From contig NC_042997.1 in NCBI RefSeq assembly GCF_006345805.1, positions 74,090,001 to 74,154,000 on the forward strand: a DNA stretch of 64,000 nt. Direction: 5' to 3'. Source of the DNA: Octopus sinensis. Lineage: Eukaryota. Position numbers and translations under genes: made by a program. Shown here one piece after another: positions 25,345-38,986 of the stretch. How positions within the stretch are numbered: position 1 is the stretch's first letter; each line of letters begins with the position of its first letter. Under the pieces are notes generated by a model, which was given only the letters and a program-made list of their open reading frames with translations, was not told the DNA's origin and did no database searches.

Positions 25345-27787
25345 ACACAAGAAAAAAACAACAAGAATGGATTAGTTGTTCAGTACAATTGTTTCATACG
25401 AAGAACAGCTTTATTAAAAGCTGCAAATATTGCAGCAAATACAAGTGTCCCGTATTCATCAGCCAGAACACATATGAGTTTTCCAAACATCCTAGGGGGT
25501 GAGGGTACACTCATGAAGTATCGAAGAGAGTTCTATGAAAAGCAAAGTTAAATTGTAAGCAGACTTCAAAAGTTCTCTAATGATGCACAGTTTTATAAAA
25601 GGTTTTTAAAAAAGTTTGTTAGCTTCACAGAAAAGGTAAATCCATCCGTAATAATGCAGGTGTAATTTCCGGAGAAATGAGGAGATATTTCATACTCAGA
25701 GAAGATGAATGTATCCATAATAATGTAGATGTAATTTCCTGATATATGAGAAGATGTTGATCACACTTCTATTCGTTTCACAAAACTACTATGTTGGAAG
25801 AAGAGATTGACTATATTGGCTAAAAGAAGTCTCAAAAGAAGTCAGTGAGTTTTTTAAAAGAATATTTGTATAGTATTCAAATATAAATCATTTTCCTTGT
25901 TTCTGCCTGTCTCTGTCTCTCTTGTTTACTCATGTGGGTTCGAGGTCGTTGTGAATTCTTAGCAGAGAAGAAGAAGAAGAAGAAGAAGAAGAAGAAGAAG
26001 AAGAAGAAGAAGAAGAAGAAGAAGAAGAAGAAGAAGAAGAAGAAGGAGAAGAAGAAGAAGAAGAAGAAGAAGAAGAAGAAGAAGAAGAAGAAGAGAAGAA
26101 GAAGAAGAAGAAGAATGCGGGAGTGCTATGATATTAGTAGGTTGTTAAATAGCCAAGTGCCCTGAAAGTGACTTGTGGATGGTAGTAGTGATTGGATTCT
26201 TGAGAAATCCCTTTTGAATGTATTGTTTATAATATTTGCGTAGGTGTTATCCTAAACAACAGTAGTAGTAAAGTAAGGAAGGAGGTGGCAGAGAGGAAGA
26301 AGACGAAGAAGAAGGAGAAAGAGAAGGTAGAATGAGAAGGGAATGCAGCTTGTATGATAGTAGTAGGATGTTAAATGGTCAAGTGACCTAAAAGTGATAC
26401 ATTGTGGATTATAGCAGTGATTGGGACTGTTTTTAATGAATTCTTGGGTATCTCTTGAATATATCATTTTTAATATTTGCGTGTGTCTTATTCTAAGACC
26501 GTGGTGGATATGTCGCTTGTTGTAGATGCGTTCAAAAGGGGTCTGTATTCTGTAATAAAGAGAGTATCTTTACTAATTCGTTGGCTACGGGTTGTATCGT
26601 CCCTGAATTGGTAGAGGGGAACATTCTGAAGCTTGTATTTTTGTTATTGGCACAAATGTCGATGTGTTGGCTGAATGCTATTTTTCTGTTTTGGGGAATT
26701 TTGATCTGGGATCTGTGCAGAGCCATCCTTTGACGTAGACTGTTTTTTGTTTGGCCTATGTATTGCACTTGACACCCAACCTAGGTTGGTGCGTATATCA
26801 GGTTCTCTGAAGCACATGTGAAGCCGCTTTTCACTGTGAACCGTTGTTCCTGTTTGAAGGAGAACTTTAATCCCTCGTTTAAATTGACGCATATCCCACA
26901 GTTGGGTCTTCCGCATTTTTTACTGAGGGCTTCAGTGTTGTTGTTGAGCGTATTCGGACTTGTGTTAGGAGACTTTTTATAGATCTGGGCCGTCTCTTGC
27001 TTTTTATGATGGTATTTGTTTGGAAGATTAAGTTCATTCTGTGGTCCTTTTTTAGCTGGGGAATGCTTTGAAGGATGGTGTCGAAGGCTTCATTGTTAAG
27101 AGGGTTGTGTGTGGAGATGTATGGTAGGGCTTTTGGCTGTAAGTCCTTCTTTAATTTGGGATGTCCGAGTTCGTGGATGTTGGGTTGTAGGGTACGTTGA
27201 AAGCATATGTTTACGTCAAGTCTATTTCTTGGAATTTCTTTAAGTCTCTCTATACTTTCATGCCAAAGAATGAAACAGTTATCCAGGTATCTCTTCCAGT
27301 TATTTTCTATGTAGAGGGAGAATGGACTGCCGTATTTTTCTAGAACCTTACAATAAAGATAAATTTCTAGATATCCTATGACTAGATTAACAAAGGAGGG
27401 GACCATTCTCGTACCCATCGTAGTCTCTGATTTTTGTCGATAGAAGTCGTAGTTGAAGACGAAGTAGTTATTCTCTAAGATGAATTTTAGCCCTTCTATC
27501 ACGAATTCTTTTTTGATACGATGTGAGAGTTCGTTGGTGTAATTCTCTAGCCAGAATTGAATTGCCTCTATTCCTAGGCTGTGGGGGATATTGGAATAGA
27601 GGTTGACTGCAAGTGAAGGATACTAGTAGAATGTTTTTGTTTATTGTTTCAGGAATGTGATTGAACATATCCAGGTCGTCCTTTATGTAGCTTTTGACAT
27701 GCTTGAGGAATGGTTTTACGGGGATATCTAAAAAGTTACTGAGGCGGTAGGTTTCGCATGCGGGACCAGCTATTATAGGTCTCAATT
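25345..27787 (-). mobile_element. 5'-truncated Neptune-type PLE with 3' region, degraded
   Basis: RPIIAGPAC, ILENNYF, MGTRMVPSF, WKRYLDNCF, CGRPNCGIC, YIGQTKNSLRQRMALH; internal (GAA)n ~25966-26113. Confidence 0.85.
25377..25470 (-). ncRNA. Type I hammerhead ribozyme with branched stem II insert
   Basis: Minus strand: TGTTCTGG-CTGATGA-ATACG...CGTAT-GAAAC-AATT-GTA-CTGAACA. Confidence 0.85.
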
Positions 27788-29291
27788 TAAATCAGTACTG
27801 CATTGTCTACCTAGATTGTGATAGTGCTACTGAGAATGCTGACATCGTGAAAAAAACTTTTAAAATTTTCATACAAAACAATTTAAAGACTGATAACGTT
27901 CAATATTTCATTCTTGGATATGTACATTTTTATATAGCGTAAAATATAAAACAAAATAGTACTTTGGAAATTTTAGTTAAGAAGTTTGTGCCAAGAAATC
28001 GTGGCAGCGTCGAACACAAAAGAAAACGATGTGAACTAACGGTTGAAATTCACGTACAAATAAATACGTTCGAGCCTCAGTTTGAGTAACTCGGGAAGAA
28101 CAGAGCAATCCGGATGTTTCAGTACGAGTAATAGGAGTTACCTTTGTGTGTGCCCTCCCCATCCATACATTAAACATTCACCATTAACCCCCAATTCTAT
28201 GAAAATTGAGATGTCAACTTTCTGAAGGCTTATTTTTGTTTGAACACAAACCGAGCAAAAGTAAATTTATACAAGATATTTAAAAATACCAATACTGATC
28301 TTTTTTGTTCGTTTACAGCTCTAAATGGAACAATATTTTTTGCTTATCATTGAATACAAATTAAATTTATTGTAATGCTAAGAAATCATAACACGAAAGG
28401 AAACTACGTTAATGGGCAGATAAAAATGAAGAACAATAAAAAAACATCTGCCTGGCAACTACAAAAAATTGTATGAGTAAAATAAAGCAAAGCACAAAGG
28501 AACATGCATCTGTAAGTCAACGGACACCATATGACCGAAGCGCAAATTAAGTTAAGAATAAAAGAGAAAGTAACAAAAATAGTAACGTTTTATTAAAACC
28601 CGAAAGAAAAATTTGCTACGGGCTTGGATTGAGCGTCTTTTCAAGAGACAATAACTATCAATTTAAAACCGGTTTTTTTTTGGGGGGGGGGGGAAACAAG
28701 CTCAGGTTTTGTAACGCGCTAAAATTTGAAGGTGAGGCATGAAACTACTTTTTTGATAAAGACAATGTTTAACTCTAGCTATTGTCAGACCTCAAAAAAA
28801 ATTTGAAATGCTTTTTGTGGCAGTCTTTTCTTTGGCAAAATCAGGAGTTTCAACATCATCAATAATGGTTTCCTATATGTTGTTAAAAGACAACAGTAAC
28901 AGGATACAGTGCAGTATTGAAACTAAACGGAAAGGTTTATAGACCCATTTATGCAATTTAAAACCATTGACCGAAATTTGCTTAAATTTTCTCTGACAAT
29001 ACATAATATGAGATGATGAACAAACTCAGTAACAATACGTCAATGAATTCTATCATGATAGATGACATGATTGCTTATAGCGCATCATCCATACATTGAG
29101 GGTCCAAGTCTGTTATTGAGCTGACTAGAGAAAAGATTTAATTGGTATGAAGAGCAGAAAAGAAAAGTAAGTAAAACGACTGGTCTGCAACTCGATGAGG
29201 CCTTGATGTAGTTGCTTATTAACGTGGAGATAGTTTGCAACATATACAAGAGACACGTCATTACTTCAATGCAGCAATATATGTGTACAAC

Positions 29292-29324
<33 letters not shown>

Positions 29325-29788
29325 ATGTGTATGCATGTCTGCATGCATACACATAAACACATGTACAAGCATAACAACATACCGGTGCAGTTGCTTTCTC
29401 TTTGATTTTTGTCTGTATTCACAACTATGCTACATCTTTTTATCAATTTTAGGTGATAATGTCCGCATACATTCCCTCACTCACACAACTACTATAAACC
29501 ATTCCTACATGGAACCACCCTCGAGAAGCAGTTTGGAAATTGTTGATAACTCTTGAAATTAAATTTTATACACGCAAACACAAACACACGCATGTATACG
29601 CACATAAATATACATAGCTATACACAGGCAGATACTTATGTATAGATATATACACACAAACACACACATATGTATAGAAAAGATAATAAATAGAGGAAAA
29701 TGCACGGTTCCTTTAGTATTGTAAATGATCAAACTATTTCACAATACATCATTCCATACCTATCTCACTTCAAATGACAGATAATCAT

Positions 29789-30030
29789 TGTAATGTACAC
29801 GAGTAATGGCTGGCTGTCAGTTAAAACAGCCAGCCATGACGTCTCACCATTGCAGGGCAGGATTCGTGACAGACAAACTGTAGACAGAAACTTCGCTGCG
29901 GGCTAGGTAGGAAGTTGATCAGCAGAAAAAGAAAAGGTACTTCCGGTAGGAGAAGAAAGAACAAAAGAATGCCAACAGTGAGTGTCAAACTAATCTGAAT
30001 GAACTAAACAAATAACTGGCGACTGAGGTA
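29789..30030 (+). mobile_element. Putative Gypsy 5' LTR with PBS
   Basis: Starts TGTAAT, ends ~AACA at 30010, followed by ACTGGCGACTGAGG (TGG-type PBS-like). Confidence 0.45.
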
Positions 30031-30080
30031 TTCTCGTCTCCGCTAGTTTGTTTGCGTATAGCTTACCAAAGCTATACCAT

Positions 30081-30991
30081 TGTAGTGTGATGGAGGAAAA
30101 GGACAACAGAAAAAGAAGCAACGGGAGAAAGAAATACAACAGGCCTTACATCGGTGAAATCAGCGGTCACTCTCCCGAGTTCAATACGTCTTGTCGCTCT
30201 GCGCTCTTTGCTGGAACTGACCTCACGTGCTTGCTGACGACACGTGTTTCCTGCCCACGCATGCCACTTTCACTCTTCCGCCGGCCCCTGCAAGCCTTAC
30301 TTCCGCCCACCTCATCTGTCATCTTCTCCACCAACACCACATAGCTCATCACAGCCCATAACACCGCCAACACCACACACCCCCACTGATCTACAGATCA
30401 CTCAACCGGCTTTCCCACTCACTCCTCGCTCCCGAACTCACACCTTAACTGGTTTCATAATCAGCCAGCCAGGGAGGAGGGTGCCGCTCCCTCTGTGGTC
30501 GCAGTGCGACCCTAGGACTGGCCTGAGTTCTTGGCATGTTGCTGCTAGCTTCATCATTTTGTCTACTGATGTTGTCTTCATCTTCTTCAACCAAGCGACT
30601 ACATCTGTGTCACCGCAAAATGGTTTGATCATATCGTTCGAAATACGGACAACACTCATCGTTCGTTTTTTTTTTTGTTATGGGCCGAAATAGCTTGTAG
30701 TGTGATGGAGGAAAAGGACAACAGAAAAAGAAGCAACGGGAGAAAGAAATACAAAAGGCCTTACCTCGGTGAAATCAACGGTCACTCTCCCGAATTCAAC
30801 GCGTCTTGTCGCTCTGCGCTCTTTGCTGGAACTGACTACACGTGCTTGCTGACGACACGTGCTTCTTGCCCATGCATGCCCCTTTCACTCTTGCGCCGGC
30901 CCCTGCAAGCCTTACTTCCGCCCACCTCATCTGTCATCTTCTCCACCAACACCACATAGCTCATCACAGCCCATAACACACTAACACCACA
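30081..30991 (-). mobile_element. Non-autonomous mini Gypsy/TRIM-like element, LTRs 30081-30377 and 30696-30991
   Basis: TG...CA LTRs of ~296 bp; PPT AGTGGGGGTG; TSD ACCAT/ACCTT; gag N-terminus MSVVRISNDMIKPFCGDTDVVAWLKKMK. Confidence 0.85.
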
Positions 30992-31704
30992 ACCTTAATG
31001 CATTGACCTAGCAATTTGTAGTTATAGACTAAATCTGCTATCAACTCTTCGGGTAACAATAAGCACTACTGTTATAAATACACCGTCATCCGTTTTCTAA
31101 GTGTCGTACTTATTCAAGGGCTGCAGCTAAGTAATCGGAACTCTAGAAGAATTCAACTCAGTAAACATGATCGATTAAGCGATTGAACTTTATCATTTTC
31201 TTCTATATCTTGAGAATCAGGTGGTGTATTTATGCACGTGCATACATATGTGTATATGGTTAGTGGAATGTTAGAATGTTAGAATGTTAGAATTGAAATA
31301 ACCTTCATCATTATAGATTCGAAATTAATGGACAACAGACGCAGGTAATAACAAACCGTCATGCTGAGCTGTAAAATCAGTTTACATCGCCACTCGGCAT
31401 ATTGTGTGGGGACGACAGTGAATCTGGTGTGTGCACAGCTCATTCTCACTATAAAAAAAATTATTTCCCTATTCTGCCAGTTATCCTAAATGAGGAATCT
31501 TGTCATGTTTGGCGGGTCATCATCTCGTTGTCATTATCATCATCACTTAGTTTAAGCAATGCATACACATACACACATGCAATCATATTATAGTATTATA
31601 TTATTAAGAATATTAGTATTATTGTATCAAATAATATGGTATTATCTTATTAAGTATAGTATTATATTATTAAGACGAATACAAAGTATTATTAGTATAT
31701 TATA

Positions 31705-32275
31705 AGGCGGCGAGCTGACAGAATCGTTAGCACGTCGGGCGAAATGCTTAGCGGTATTTCGTCTGCCGTTACGTTGTGAGTTCAAATTCCGCCGAGGTCG
31801 ACTTTGCCTTTCATCCTTTCGGGGTCGATAAATTAAGTACCAGTTAAGCACTGGGGTCGATATAATCGACTTAATACCTATGTCTGTCCATGTTTGTCCC
31901 CTCTATGTTCAGCCCCTTGTGGGTAATAAAGAAATAGGTATTTCGTCTGCCGCTACGTTCTGAGTTCAAATTCCGCGGAGGTCGACTTTGCCTTTCAGCC
32001 TTTCGAGGTCGATTAAATAAGTACCAGTTACGCACTGGGGTCGATATAGTCGGCTTAATCAGCTTGTCTGTCCTTGTTTGTCCTCTCTGTGTTTAGCCCC
32101 TTGTAGGTAGTAAAGAAATAGGTATTTCGTCTGTCGCTACGTTCTGAGTTCGATTTTTGCCTTACATCCTTTCGGGGTCGATGAAATAAGTATCAGTGGA
32201 GCACTGGGGTTGGTTTAAGCGACTCAATCTCCTCCTCTCAAAATTTCAGGTCTTGTGGTTATAGTAGAAAGGACT
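31705..32275 (+). mobile_element. tRNA-derived SINE (OK/Nin-like) with triplicated body
   Basis: GGCGGCGAGCTG head, GAGTTCAAATTCC B box, GCCTTTCATCCTTTCGGGGTCGATAAA core repeated three times at ~190 bp spacing. Confidence 0.8.
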
Positions 32276-32639
32276 ATTAGCATATTATTAAGAATACATT
32301 GTATTATATTATTAAGAATGCATTTTTTGTCTCCCTAGTATTTCTCACCACTTAAACGACTGTTTTCGATAATAAATAATAAGTTCGTGAGAATATTTTG
32401 ACTGAATTAAAACTCACAGTGAATGTAATAGGAAAGTAGTTTCAAATAAAGCTTAAGGCCATGATCTCTGGCACAGACAGAATTCAGTCCAAATTCCAGC
32501 ATAGTCAAGTCGTACGTCTCACCCCTGATACTTCCATAATTTCCCTGTCACATGAAGGTGTGTGTAGGCTACTTCTAAATCTACTATCGTAGAACTCTTC
32601 GTCACCTATCTCTGCTTTTTCAAAGTATCCTCACGTTCA

Positions 32640-33860
32640 GTTAAAACCTCTCCACCAGTATCACGTGCCATATGGTAATTCAGCTCTTGAGAGTGTCGCG
32701 CTGGCTGAACTTCATTTTTTGCTAGTTGAACAACTACCAACAGTGGCGACATCTCAGTCTCCACCTCTTCCTCAAGGTATTAAAATACTGCCTTTATCCA
32801 TGTCTCCATCCTCTCACCCGCTTTTAAAGAGCCCTCATAACAAACCACTATATTCTTCAGCATTGTCCTTTCGTCTGTATGGAAACCCAAACTTTTTCAA
32901 AGAACATCCACCTTTCTAGACTATTTGGCAATTCCGCAGCTTTGGTCTTCTGCTGTACTTCACTGCATATCACGCCCTTCCAAACTCTACCATATGACAT
33001 CTGAAGTACTGCCTCTTGTAAGGGTGCACTCCCTCTTTTTCCTCTTCAGACCCCGAGCTGCTCTCAGTTTTCACTCTTGTTGCACCCTACCCCATAGTAG
33101 TCACTGTCGCAACGCCTTGTACGCTACTTGTCGTTAGCCTTCTGGCTTAAGCCAATAAATCACTCTTAGTAATGTCTCGATGTCCAGCAGTTGCTTTAGC
33201 TCAATAGAAATGTTATGAGGGAAAACAGTCACATACACTGACTTGCTTGTCCTTTCCAGGCTTTCTCCACTATATCCAACCAATTCCATCAACCTTTTGA
33301 CCATGATTCACCCGTTCTGCAGTTCATCTTGCTCTCCTCAGCTTGCTGTTGTAGGCCACAAATGTTCCCTCTGTAAATCTTCCTTTAACCTGGTTTCTAT
33401 TCTTCCTTCATTTTGCTAACCTCTTTGTTCATTTCTAGATACAGAGACCATCTATGTACAACACCATGTAACATGCCAAATCTTTAATTCCCTGCAGTTT
33501 CACGACCAATCTAGTCTTCTTCACCCATGCGACCACTTCCTCTCAACTTCCGCTTCGTCACATCGCTTGCGATTTTCACCTCACCCGAGATGTTCACATA
33601 GTTATGAAAAGGAATTGTTTGTGACGGGATTTGATGGAGAAAGGGAAAGCAATTCGACCGTATCTTAAATGCAGAAAAGGCACCAGGTTAAACAGGAAAA
33701 AAGGAAGCAAGAGGAAAGTTTTACTCCATGTAAAAATTGTATTTCTCCCCCGTTCGTCACTCTCTCACCAACACACTGACGAATCTGTAAACGCCGGAAA
33801 ATGGACGGGCCCCTACACACGGTTGCCGTCATCTTTCTTTCTACTCACTACCCAAACCTG
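32640..33860 (-). mobile_element. Degraded Gypsy gag/pro remnant with probable LTR
   Basis: Minus-strand EVVAWVKKTRLVVKLQGIKDLA near 33540, homologous to the gag start of the 30081..30991 element. Confidence 0.55.
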
Positions 33861-34592
33861 GATAAAAAGAAAATGTCATTCCAACAAAAACAAAAGGTCC
33901 ATGTTTGTTCTTTTCGTAAGCAACCACTTGATGTGGAGGTCTGGCTCTTTTGGTTTTTTGCTTCTTTTGCTTTTTGTTTCTCTGTGGCTAGTCGTAAGTC
34001 ACACTCACCAATGGAACGAAATTATTTGATGGTGAAATTATTTGATTGTGTAAAATTTAAGGTCAGTAAATCTGGCTAGCAGAAATTTGCTAATGCATTA
34101 ACCAAGGAAGCACCCACACTGGAAATGGAACTAAAAACACATTCAAATTCATAATTAAGAGTAATCTTAAGTAATATATGAATATGAAAAATTGTTACTT
34201 AATGATGGTGTTTGATTTAGAAATATAAGTTGTCATGCATTAATAAAGCCTATGAATTTTCATCCGCATGTTATTATTATTACTCTTATATTTATCCTAA
34301 GCTGAAATGAGTTCCGCATGTATAGACATACCATTGGATTATCTTGGGAGATGGAATTAACAGAAGGTACGTAGCCAACAAGAAGCATAGGAGCTTTTAA
34401 GAACGCATTATGAGGCTTTGCTCCATCTAAACTAAATGGAGGAGTAGATAAACAGCCGACAACTAATGAAGGGTCCTTTCTCTGTGTTTACTTGTCCTGT
34501 TTTCCATTTTTTCTCGTTTTTTACGTATTTCATGTTACTTGCACCGTTGGTGATGTCCTGTACCCATATATACATATACATATATATATATA

Positions 34593-34641
<49 letters not shown>

Positions 34642-34653
34642 TATATATATATC

Positions 34654-34685
<32 letters not shown>

Positions 34686-34686
34686 A

Positions 34687-34756
<70 letters not shown>

Positions 34757-35093
34757 ATATATATCTATATATATATATATATATAAAATCCTAACTTCCA
34801 AATTTTCCCTTTACATCAATGTTCACAGCACACCTCAGTTCAGCAAAGAAAGAATAAAGAAGCAACTTTCATCAATAAATACCATCCACAACTCAACATG
34901 AACACATAACATAATAAAGAACATTACTAACCTTACCATTAACACCACTAATTCCTATACATTCCATACACAATTCATATTACAGTATTACATCTACCCT
35001 AATTGCACCATTCCCAGAACTACTTACCTCCCTTGCATATAATCTTTCTACTCAGGTACTAGTAGACCCGACACCGTTTGGTAATCGGTGCGC

Positions 35094-35141
35094 ATTCAAA
35101 GCCAGTGAACAGCAATTGACGAAACCGGTATGACTTTGAAT
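35094..35141 (+). ncRNA. Degenerate minimal hammerhead
   Basis: ATTCAAAGCCA/TGACTTTGAAT stem I; GTGAACA (2 changes from CTGAAGA); GAAACCGGTA with palindromic ACCGGT stem III. Confidence 0.55.
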
Positions 35142-35321
35142 CCTCTTAATTATTCCTCTTAATTCTACCTCAGTTCATCTAATTGTATATATTTAACGTT
35201 ACATTTCATTAAAAATTCCATTATTCTTTTAATATCCAATGTGCATTTTCGCTTTTTCTTCTTACATTTCCCATATATCTACTACGTGTAGTTTATTTTT
35301 CTCTTTGGAACCTATTTCTAT

Positions 35322-35422
<101 letters not shown>

Positions 35423-35426
35423 GTGC

Positions 35427-35461
<35 letters not shown>

Positions 35462-35484
35462 CATATATACATATATTTATATAT

Positions 35485-35549
<65 letters not shown>

Positions 35550-35553
35550 TACA

Positions 35554-35868
35554 TAGTGGCGGACTAGCCAGGTTGCCAGGTTGCCCGATGGCAAGTGGGC
35601 TTCTGTGCCATTAGAATCTATATATGGGGGTCCATTTTAGCATCTAAGGGGCACATCCTCTCAAGTTTGAGAATTTTTTATTCACTCCTGGAAGAATGCA
35701 TTCATTATTTCACCCAAGCTGTGTTTGTAGACAGTTAAAAAGAATACTTTTTAGCAAAAAATAAAATTAAATGATCGCATTGTAGTTGCGGGTGGCTCCC
35801 CTTGTAGTTTCGGGTGGATCCCCTAAATATATTGGCAACCAATATATTTAGACCAGTCAGCGATTCTG
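35554..35868. mobile_element. Putative hAT-like MITE in (TA)n
   Basis: Imperfect TIRs TAGTGGCGGACTAG / CCAGTCAGCGATTCTG. Confidence 0.45.
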
Positions 35869-35902
35869 TATATATATATATATATATCTATATATATATA
35901 TA

Positions 35903-36354
35903 TCTATATATATAAAACTCTAGTTGTGTGAGTGTCTGTCCCCTTCGATTTAGATTCCTAACTCCTCACACATTTTGCGGTGCAGTTTAACCAAATTCGG
36001 GTATCTTATAGTCGTGATTCATATCGAGCCCGTCTGACTATTAGCGCGCGTCAACGATGAGTCTACGATTTTAAAAATAATTTAACATCATTTTTTTATT
36101 CCATTTTAATGCATCAAATGCATCGTATGTCCACGCTCACCTGTTTGCTTCTCCCCCTTCCCTCATGGGGAAGGGAGTGTAAAGAAATCAACGTCGTAAT
36201 GCGTTGTGATCTTTTAGAACAACGACTTCATGGCTTGAAGACACCAAAACAAAAATGGCTAAGAAAGCCCGAATTTATAAGGAAGTAACTCTCTAAAAAT
36301 GCTTATATAGTTATTTCCCTTACAAACCCGAGCAACGCCGGGCGATACTGCTAG
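35903..36354 (+). mobile_element. Non-autonomous Helitron
   Basis: 5' TCTATATATATAAAAC; 3' hairpin CCCGAGCAACGCCGGG then CTAG|T. Confidence 0.8.
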
Positions 36355-36378
36355 TATATATATATATATATTATATAT

Positions 36379-36420
<42 letters not shown>

Positions 36421-36431
<11 letters not shown>

Positions 36432-37439
36432 GGCAGTTTGTCTGTCTGTGTGTCTGTCAGGTTGCACCCTCACCCTGACCACGGCTTTCAACCGATTCTG
36501 ATGAAACTTGACGCACACATAGCTCAATGTCATTAGTCAAGACTAACGCAGCGAAAATTTTGAAAAGTCCCCCCAGTTCTGAAAAAAGTCGATAAATTCG
36601 ACATGGGGTCGAGAATCTAAGCTTTTTATATGCAACACATTTTCTGTTGTAGTTTTCGCAACTTGCAATCGATTTTCACCAAACTCATGGTGAAGCTTAA
36701 TGTTACCCTAAGGAACTTAATTCTGACATTAGTATTCCATGCAATACCTTACCATCAGAAAAAATCGATAAAATCATGCCATTTTGGGAAATCGCGTTCA
36801 AATTCAAGATGACATATTTTCGACAATATCTTTCACAAATTGGCAGGAATTTTTTTTTTAATTCACAGCGAGCATCATGTCTGCTCCAAGGAGCTATATG
36901 GCCCTTTTTATTCCAATAGGATACTTTATTACTGGAAAAAATCGGTTAATTAAATCATATGTGAAACACATAGCAAACCGATTTGTGTATTAAACACAAA
37001 CTCAATGTGAGTGACCAAACTGAACAAACGAATGGAAAAGGTTTTTTGGTGCACACGACAAAAGCGGTTTATAATAAACCAGGAGTTTGCAAGTAGCGTC
37101 TGAGGACCCTTAGGGTACGTCAAAAATTTAAGGTAAAACGTTTGGGGTGGTAGTTATAAAGAAAGTTTAAACAAATAAAGTATTCGAATAACTTGTGGCT
37201 GCAGCAGCTATTAGCAGAAGTGTCGGTGTTGGGGGTAAAGTCTCGAATGTAATTTCTTCCTGGTAGGAATTGGCTGGGTTGAATTATCGATAGCTGTTTG
37301 ATAGTTATTTGGGAGTGAAGAGAAGACATTGCAACCTACACATGTGCCTTCGTTCCCTAGAGGAAAAGGACTAGATTGGGATTAGTCGTTGCCTACTAGG
37401 GGCTCTTACATACCCGGGCAACGCCGGGCTATGCTGCTA

Positions 37440-37440
<1 letters not shown>
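36421..37440 (+). mobile_element. Non-autonomous Helitron
   Basis: 5' TATATAAACGGCAGTTTGTCTG; 3' CCCGGGCAACGCCGGG...CTAG|T. Confidence 0.8.
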
Positions 37441-37502
<62 letters not shown>

Positions 37503-37571
37503 ACGTGAAAATCAGACAAGGTTGGAATTCCTTTTATTAATATATTCTTCTATACACAATCACACACGCCC

Positions 37572-37599
<28 letters not shown>

Positions 37600-37610
<11 letters not shown>

Positions 37611-38702
37611 AAAAGTAAAAAATATATACAAACTGGGACAAGAACGTGAAACACCTAGAAGACGACACGAGAACCACAGGACGGGACATTCGAAGCCCTC
37701 AGTCATCAGTCAAGAATCGGATCATCTTCGCAATTTCGGCTGATTAATCTTGAGATTGCTCCGACCTGGGCAGCCCCCAAGGGAAATCTAAGCCAAGTGC
37801 ATTAGATCCCTTGAAAGAAAGCTTCGAATGTATACAACACAAGGACGGAAAACGAACGATGTACACGAATAAAAATACAGAAATACGTGAAAACAATAAG
37901 GAAAGCACGAATAAGAATACAAAAACGTAAAAACAATTAAGGTAAGGATAAAAAAACAAAACCAGGACGTAGGACAAGGGTATTTCGACAGGACGAGTTG
38001 AGTTGGGGCTGGCTTATGGAGTTGTGCCTTATGGCCGCGGGAGACAAACAAAAACGTGTTGCTTCAACGACTGCTGGATACGAAAAAGGCCGCCCAGCAG
38101 TGGCTAGCTGGTCACGTGAGGACAAAAGACAGAAGAAAGGGACAGATGAGAAGAGAGAGAAGGTGGACAGGGGAGGATAAGAAAGAGACAGATCGAGGGG
38201 AGTGGAGGTATGAGAGGTAGAGAAGTGTAGGAGGGGGGTACGGATGAAGAGAGAAAGAAAGAAAGAAGGGGAATAAGGGAGGAGGAGAGAGAGAAAGAGA
38301 CAGATCAATAGTCGTACCAATGTTAGAGAAAATATACTTACGTATAAGGACAGAGGTGTGGATACGAAGCCGCCATTATATATGTAAAAAGTAAAAAATA
38401 TATACAAACTGGGACAAGAACGACACAAGAACCACAGGACGGGACATTCGAAGCCCTCAGTCATCAGTCAAGAATCGGATCATCTTCGCAATTTCGGCTG
38501 ATTAATCTTGAGATTACTCCGACCTGGGCAGCCCCCAAGGAAAATCTAAGCCAATGCATTAGATCCCTTGGAAGAAAGCTTCGAATGTATACAACACAAG
38601 GACGGAAAACGAACGATGTACACGAATAAAAATACAGATATACGTGAAAATAATAAGGAAAGCACGAATAAGAATACAAAAACGTAAAAACAATAAAGGT
38701 AA

Positions 38703-38707
<5 letters not shown>
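37600..38707. repeat. Partial tandem repeat (37600-37950 and 38378-38707), pLTR-like
   Basis: Two near-identical ~330-bp copies separated by a purine-rich spacer. Confidence 0.8.
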
Positions 38708-38742
<35 letters not shown>

Positions 38743-38923
38743 ATTAGGGCTTAGTAAAATAAATTACTTTGCCACATACTGAACTTAGTAGAAATAGCAG
38801 CCAAAAAAAATTTTCTTAGCATTTCTACTACTTAAAGAAAATTTCTCTCAGATAATGTTTACTCTAGACAGCTCACGAAGGTTTGGGGGTAGATACAGAA
38901 AAATATCACAAGTACATAGATCG

Positions 38924-38986
38924 TTTGAGTACGTCAACGTTTCAAGATTAGCCAAATAAAATCAGCATTTCTTTCGTCAGCTCAAA
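38924..38986 (-). ncRNA. Type I hammerhead ribozyme
   Basis: Minus strand: TTTGAG-CTGACGA-AAGA...TCTT-GAA-ACGT-TG-ACGT-A-CTCAAA. Confidence 0.85.

Noticed and set aside
27977-29280. Possible host exons in a non-repetitive-looking stretch
   Set aside because: Frames are short with stops and no recognisable domain; cannot be supported without RNA-seq
31705-31800. tRNA gene
   Set aside because: A/B boxes belong to a SINE head; no cloverleaf
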